Under the pieces are notes generated by a model. It was not told the origin of the DNA, searched no databases, and worked only from the letters and a program-made list of their open reading frames with translations. Shown in pieces: positions 58,245 to 64,000 of a stretch of 64,000 nucleotides of DNA. Every line of letters begins with the position of its first letter. Positions within the stretch are counted from its first letter, which is position 1. The DNA lies in NCBI GenBank assembly GCA_964016885.1, contig OZ024755.1, forward strand, positions 9,176,001 to 9,240,000. Direction: 5' to 3'. The position numbers were made by a program, and so were the translations under genes. This stretch comes from Eledone cirrhosa (lineage: Eukaryota).

Positions 58245-58531
58245 AAGTAACGAGACAAGAATATTGAAGTTTTGGGGCTAAATATAGCTGAGAAGATTGT
58301 TACTAAAATTGTCTATTCTATTTTCGGTGTTTATTGAGTCAAATATTGCCGGTTCACTACCCACAGATGGACCTGACAAATATTGTTCCACATCCTCCAT
58401 ACATTTGCTCTACTTCCGGTAAACAATTGCAACTCTCCTAACAACAAAATATAACAATTTACAAGGTCATATCGTGTATATTTGGTGGGCGACTAATTCT
58501 ACTACTTTGTTTATTATTTACGCTCTTGTCA

Positions 58532-58636
<105 letters not shown>

Positions 58637-58919
58637 TGTGCGAATATGCGTGTATGTGTATTTATATATATATATGAGTGTGTGCCTGCATGTATATATA
58701 TATATAGTAATAATAATAAATGTGAAGACTAAAATCCGAAGAGGGCTCGATAAGGATAATATACATATAAAAATATATAAAACCATAGAGCAAATTAATC
58801 TGTTATTTTAATAAATATATAAATATATAAATGAACATATGTAAAAAACGCATATACAAACACTCTCATACCAGCCACATATATATACACATACACACTC
58901 ATGAATATGTGTGTGTGTG

Positions 58920-59078
58920 TGACATGTCAGGTTCTTTGAATTACAGGTACAATTGACTTCTTTCTGGCTGAGTGGACTGAAGCAACGTGAAATAAATCCT
59001 CTTGTTCAACGGTTTGAGATTTAACTCGACATACCATTCAGATACGAAAATCCTAAAAATTAAACCAAGCGCTTTCAC
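58920..59078 (-). mobile_element. SINE family 2
   Basis: TTTGAATTACAGGTACAA...GCTGAGTGGACTGAAGCAACGTGAAATAAA. Confidence 0.78.
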
Positions 59079-59202
59079 AGCTGGAACAAACACCGTAAAA
59101 TATTTTGTCTGTTTGATAAGTATATCTAAGATTACTATATATATATATATATATATATAGTAATAATAAATGTGAAGTCTAAACTCCGAAGTGCTCGATA
59201 AG

Positions 59203-59223
<21 letters not shown>

Positions 59224-59243
<20 letters not shown>

Positions 59244-59568
59244 AGAGTTAAACAAGGTTCAATGAATACATCAAAGAATGAGTTTTACTATAGATTGGAA
59301 GCACTCAAGAAAAATATTTTCCAGAGTTATTAATATTAATTCAAAATATTAACAAAATAGATATTCTTGTGATCAATTATATTTTATTATACATATTTCA
59401 GAGGTACTGAGTTAAGTTCAACAGTACGTCCTCATCAGATAAAATAAAATGATACATGACATACCCTGACATAGTAGATGGTTAAGATTCAATCAAGGTA
59501 CTACCTCTGAAATATGTATAATAAAATATAATTGATCACAAGAATATCTATTTTGTTAATATTTTGAA

Positions 59569-59574
<6 letters not shown>
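59224..59574. mobile_element. Fold-back element with 73-bp arms, between TA arrays
   Basis: 59334-59406 versus 59502-59574, 1 mismatch. The spacer has CTGATGAG on the - strand (59431-59438). Confidence 0.8.
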
Positions 59575-59607
<33 letters not shown>

Positions 59608-59719
59608 GTATATATATGTGTATATATATGTATATATATATAAGTTGAATTATTTCTAATAATAACTACCCTTACCATCAGAATTATTAATATCATTTTA
59701 TCCCCAATAGAAAATATTC

Positions 59720-60090
59720 CTCATTATCAACATCATTACTTTCATCCTCCTCAGCATCATCATCATCATCATTATTATTATTATCGTTATCTTAATCTTA
59801 TAATCATCTTCATCATTTCTTATCATCATCATCATCATCCTCTTGTTATTATCATTATTATTATTATTGGTAACATCTTCACCTTCATTGCTAGCATCAT
59901 CATCATCATCATCATCACCACCATCATCACCATCGCCATCATCACCATCGCCATCATCATCATCATCATCATCATCATCACCACCACCATCATCACCATC
60001 GCCATTATCACCATCATCATCATCATCACCACCACCATCATCACCATCGCCTTCATCATCTCCATCATCGCCATCATCACTATCATCTCG
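59720..60090. repeat. (CAT)n/(CAC)n trinucleotide array
   Basis: Read directly from the sequence. Confidence 0.95.
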
Positions 60091-60318
60091 TTGTCTGCAT
60101 CATTAAGGAAATCGTTATTTTTACCTGTCTGTTACAGCCACCATGTAGGTCTACCTAATCTGGAATAACTAACTTACTCTTCTCTATCATACCAATCTTA
60201 TTATCTACCAATCAACTCCGCTCATTCTGCTCACGTAAATCGAGGAACGCACCAACACATAAGAGTCATAAACAGAAAACAAAATACGTCTTTATAATTC
60301 ATACACTCACACATACAT

Positions 60319-60373
<55 letters not shown>

Positions 60374-60417
60374 CAGTATATATATGCACACACGCATATA
60401 TATACATTCATACATAG

Positions 60418-60451
<34 letters not shown>

Positions 60452-60670
60452 GCATGTATGTATGTATGAATGTATATATATGCGTGTGTGCATATGTGTA
60501 TGTGTGTGTCTGTGTGTTTGTATGTATTAATATAGTTAATACGTGTACGAATGTGTAACATCGTATAACATCTTGATGGGAGATATTGCTAGAGTTATGG
60601 GTCAGAAATTCTCAAATATGTCACCATAATTCGCATCTTTCTTCGTCAGTACTACTACTCTTTGACTTAC

Positions 60671-60904
60671 AGAATTTGGAATTTTCCAGTTCTGCTGCCA
60701 GTTACAGTAGATAGCTGCGAGGAAAGTCTGGCACCTTTACGTAAGTCTTATAAGGTAGACCATACAGATCGAGCGATCTGCGCTTCGTACAACCATTTTA
60801 GGTCTGACAGTCTTTTAGTTGTTGTTATTGGCTTTTCCAAGCCGTCCACATCTTCCTTCGAGACTTGAGATAAGAATCTCCGTCTCCCCTCGGAGATTTG
60901 TGAT
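60671..60904 (-). other. Candidate 234-bp exon with one in-frame stop
   Basis: Acceptor CCTTCTATTCAG and donor TCT|GTAAGT. The phase-2 frame reads SQISEGRRRFLSQVSKEDVDGLEKPITTTKRLSDLKWLYEAQIARSVWSTL*DLRKGARLSSQLSTVTGSRTGKFQI. Confidence 0.4.
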
Positions 60905-61139
60905 CTGAATAGAAGGTCGTTTGTAGCTGCATACATTCTACTTTCCCTGCTAACCTGATATAAACCTTTCTAAATGCGAACAAATGAATATATCCAATGA
61001 CTACATGTTCACACTGGTTCATTCGGAAAAGTTAGTCGTTACCTATCAGACAGCTGGGACTGTCTGATTTGTCTTTTGAGGCTTTCACACCCCTTCTATC
61101 AGTTGTTGTTGGTTCTTGTTGATCTCATTATATACAATA

Positions 61140-61179
<40 letters not shown>

Positions 61180-61183
<4 letters not shown>

Positions 61184-61292
61184 TAAAAGGAAAAGAAAAT
61201 GCTGACAAATTGTTCCCAGTGAAAAATAGTTTAATTAGGAATAAGTAAAAATTAGTAATAAGTATTGGTTAGTATTCAGTTTTGGTTTTAAG
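61180..61292 (-). mobile_element. Second copy of the 31185-31296 element end
   Basis: Near-identical reverse complement, abutting (TA)n. Confidence 0.8.
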
Positions 61293-61674
61293 ATATATAT
61301 ATGATAGTTTGTAAAAATGTTTACATAGATCTATATGATATACATACCAACACACGCATATATATCCTAGAAACGATCGTAAAATGATGAATTTTTTAAT
61401 ATAAGGAACTGTTTCTTTGTTTTTATTCATTGTTTTTATTAATTTTTATTAATATGTATGTATATATATATATATATATATATACACATTTTTTAAATAT
61501 ATGTATGTATATATATATTTGTATAAGTATATATATTGTATGTATGCATATGTATATATATGTGTGTGTGTGTGTGTGCGTGTATTCGAATATACACGCA
61601 TATATAAGTATATGTATAAGATTACATTTGTTTCCTTTGTTCAAAGAGTGTCATCAATGTATGTATGTATATGC

Positions 61675-61705
<31 letters not shown>

Positions 61706-62144
61706 CGAGCGCGCATGTGTGTGTATGTGTGTTTATGTGCGCGTGTGTATGTGCATGTGTGAATGTTCTGGCGTCTTGTTATCTGAATTTCTTTTATTTT
61801 GTTGTTGTTGTTGTATAGAAACATTTTATGCGTATTTGCACGGTTGTCTGTTGCATTGGAATGGCTATTTTACTAATGATAACTTCATTAGAAAGAACTA
61901 CTGTCTGTAGAAAATGTAACTTAAATATATAAATATATATACATGACTCAATGTTCACTAATGTTTCTATCATACCTAAAGCACTCTACGATGAATTAAC
62001 CAACTTTTCGCAAACGGTTTTGGAGATTTATCTCTAATTTATTGTTCTGGAGATCATAAAGGTAAAAGAAAAAAACGTATATCTTTCGCAAGTGTATATA
62101 TATATTCATACTAAACATAGAATTTCTAAAGTGGGGATTTATAT

Positions 62145-62360
62145 GGCTCTGTGGTTAAAGTGTTTAGCTCAGGATGGTAAGTAAAGGCAGGGAATTCAAT
62201 TTTCGGTGGTGTGTTATGTTCTTGAGCAAGAAAAACTAAATTTTCCCTGAGAACTACTTTAAGGGGTACACGTGTTTGTAGAGTGTTCAATACATGTATG
62301 ATTAGAATGTTCCGTTGATCATACAACTGGAACAAACGTCCTCGGAACCGACGGGGGTGC
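62145..62360 (+). mobile_element. SINE family 2
   Basis: Head TGGCTCTGTGGTTAAAG, then GTGTTATGTTCTTGAGCAAG and TGTTCCGTTGATC. Confidence 0.75.
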
Positions 62361-62787
62361 AATACATACATATATATATATGAAAGTGGGGTAAAAATCT
62401 TTCATGGGAGCATTCAGAATATTTATTTTAAAGTTTGACGTGAAACTGTGATTAAACGGTTCGCTCATGCTGCATATATACATATATATATATATAGGTA
62501 TCGGTATATTTTCGTAGGGGTACATGAAGCATCTTGCAATATAAGTGTATGTTCAATCACACGCCTAACGTTTGTAAATGGAAATTACTAAAAAGACGTA
62601 GAAAAGGGAAAAGGGACTGTTCTAAAGTTCATGGTGGGTAAATAAGCTAATTCTGACGATAACTAATTAATCACTAATTCAAACATGACACACCGTGTAA
62701 CTAACCTATAGTCACTAATTTGTATTGCTTCATGTACATATCTATACACTCACACATACATATATTCAGTCATATATATATATATAT

Positions 62788-62827
<40 letters not shown>

Positions 62828-63468
62828 GGGGGGGGGGCAGACAGACGGACAGACTGACAGACAGACAGGCATACAGGCTGACACAGAGAGAGAAATGGGA
62901 GGGGGGAGAGGAAGAGAGCGAGAACAGACTATATTCACAATTCTCAGCGCTATTAATAAATATAAACAGAAATATATCATAACCATTCCCTTTCCTTTTT
63001 TTTTCAACCCCTTTTAATATTGAGCCATACGATATACGCGAACTCCCCCTTCCCATCCATCCCCCGCTCCCCCATTTATTTATTTTTCAGATTCCTGGCT
63101 CGGTTCCCAAAATACCGTTATTGTCCCTGGTCATAATATAGATGTTTTACGAATAAACATTATCGCCCAATTCGGTTGCCTGTTTACAGTTTCTTTTATT
63201 ATAATTATTATTATTTATTTATTTATTCTGTAATAACTCTATCTGAGTCATTTTATGGTACATCCTAGCGCCTGCGATTCTTCCAGTACATAATAGTAAC
63301 ACGATTTTTAACAGAAATAGAAATATCGAAATAAGCTACCATAGTACAATGTCTATATATTTGTGTGCCGTTTCGTGGGTAATGGCGAACGGCTGGTTGG
63401 TTGTCGTTAATTTAAAGTTAATTATTATAATCTCAACAGATATATTTACGTATTCCAAGGTGATGAGA

Positions 63469-63563
<95 letters not shown>

Positions 63564-63778
63564 ATATATATAGACATATATATATACATACATACATAAT
63601 ACATATACATATATATATATACATATATCCATACATATATACATACATATATATCCATACATATATACATACATATATATATATACATATATACATACAT
63701 ATATATATATACATATATACATACATATATATATATACATATATACATACATATATATACATATATACATACATATAT

Positions 63779-63833
<55 letters not shown>

Positions 63834-63842
63834 CATATATAC

Positions 63843-63889
<47 letters not shown>

Positions 63890-63930
63890 TATACATATAT
63901 ACATATATATACATATATATACATATATAC

Positions 63931-63975
<45 letters not shown>

Positions 63976-64000
63976 TATACATATATATATATATATATAT

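Noticed and set aside
59835-60106. Poly-Met, poly-Ser and poly-His ORFs
   Set aside because: They come from a (CAT)n trinucleotide array with no coding context.

Overview
This window is eukaryotic, very AT-rich and saturated with microsatellites ((TA)n, (CA)n, (GA)n, (GATA)n, (CAT)n). Almost all listed ORFs are translations of these repeats. Two abundant tRNA-derived SINE families closely resemble repeats I recall from octopus genomes, so the source is probably an octopod cephalopod (inference, not a database result). No intact protein-coding gene can be shown. Between the repeats lie: (1) two + strand exon-like segments (5692-5778, 7467-7535) that join into an EGFR-ligand-type EGF domain with inactivating changes; (2) a colinear series of decayed fibronectin type III-like segments (17.3-18.8 kb, 36.9-45.9 kb); and (3) phase-compatible - strand exon candidates (60671-60904, 51142-51207). 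The most striking system is a set of short elements inserted into (TA)n arrays. They carry hammerhead-ribozyme motifs (one nearly intact at 22170-22219) and/or near-perfect fold-back palindromes whose two arms change together, which suggests Penelope-like or retrozyme-like elements that target microsatellites.
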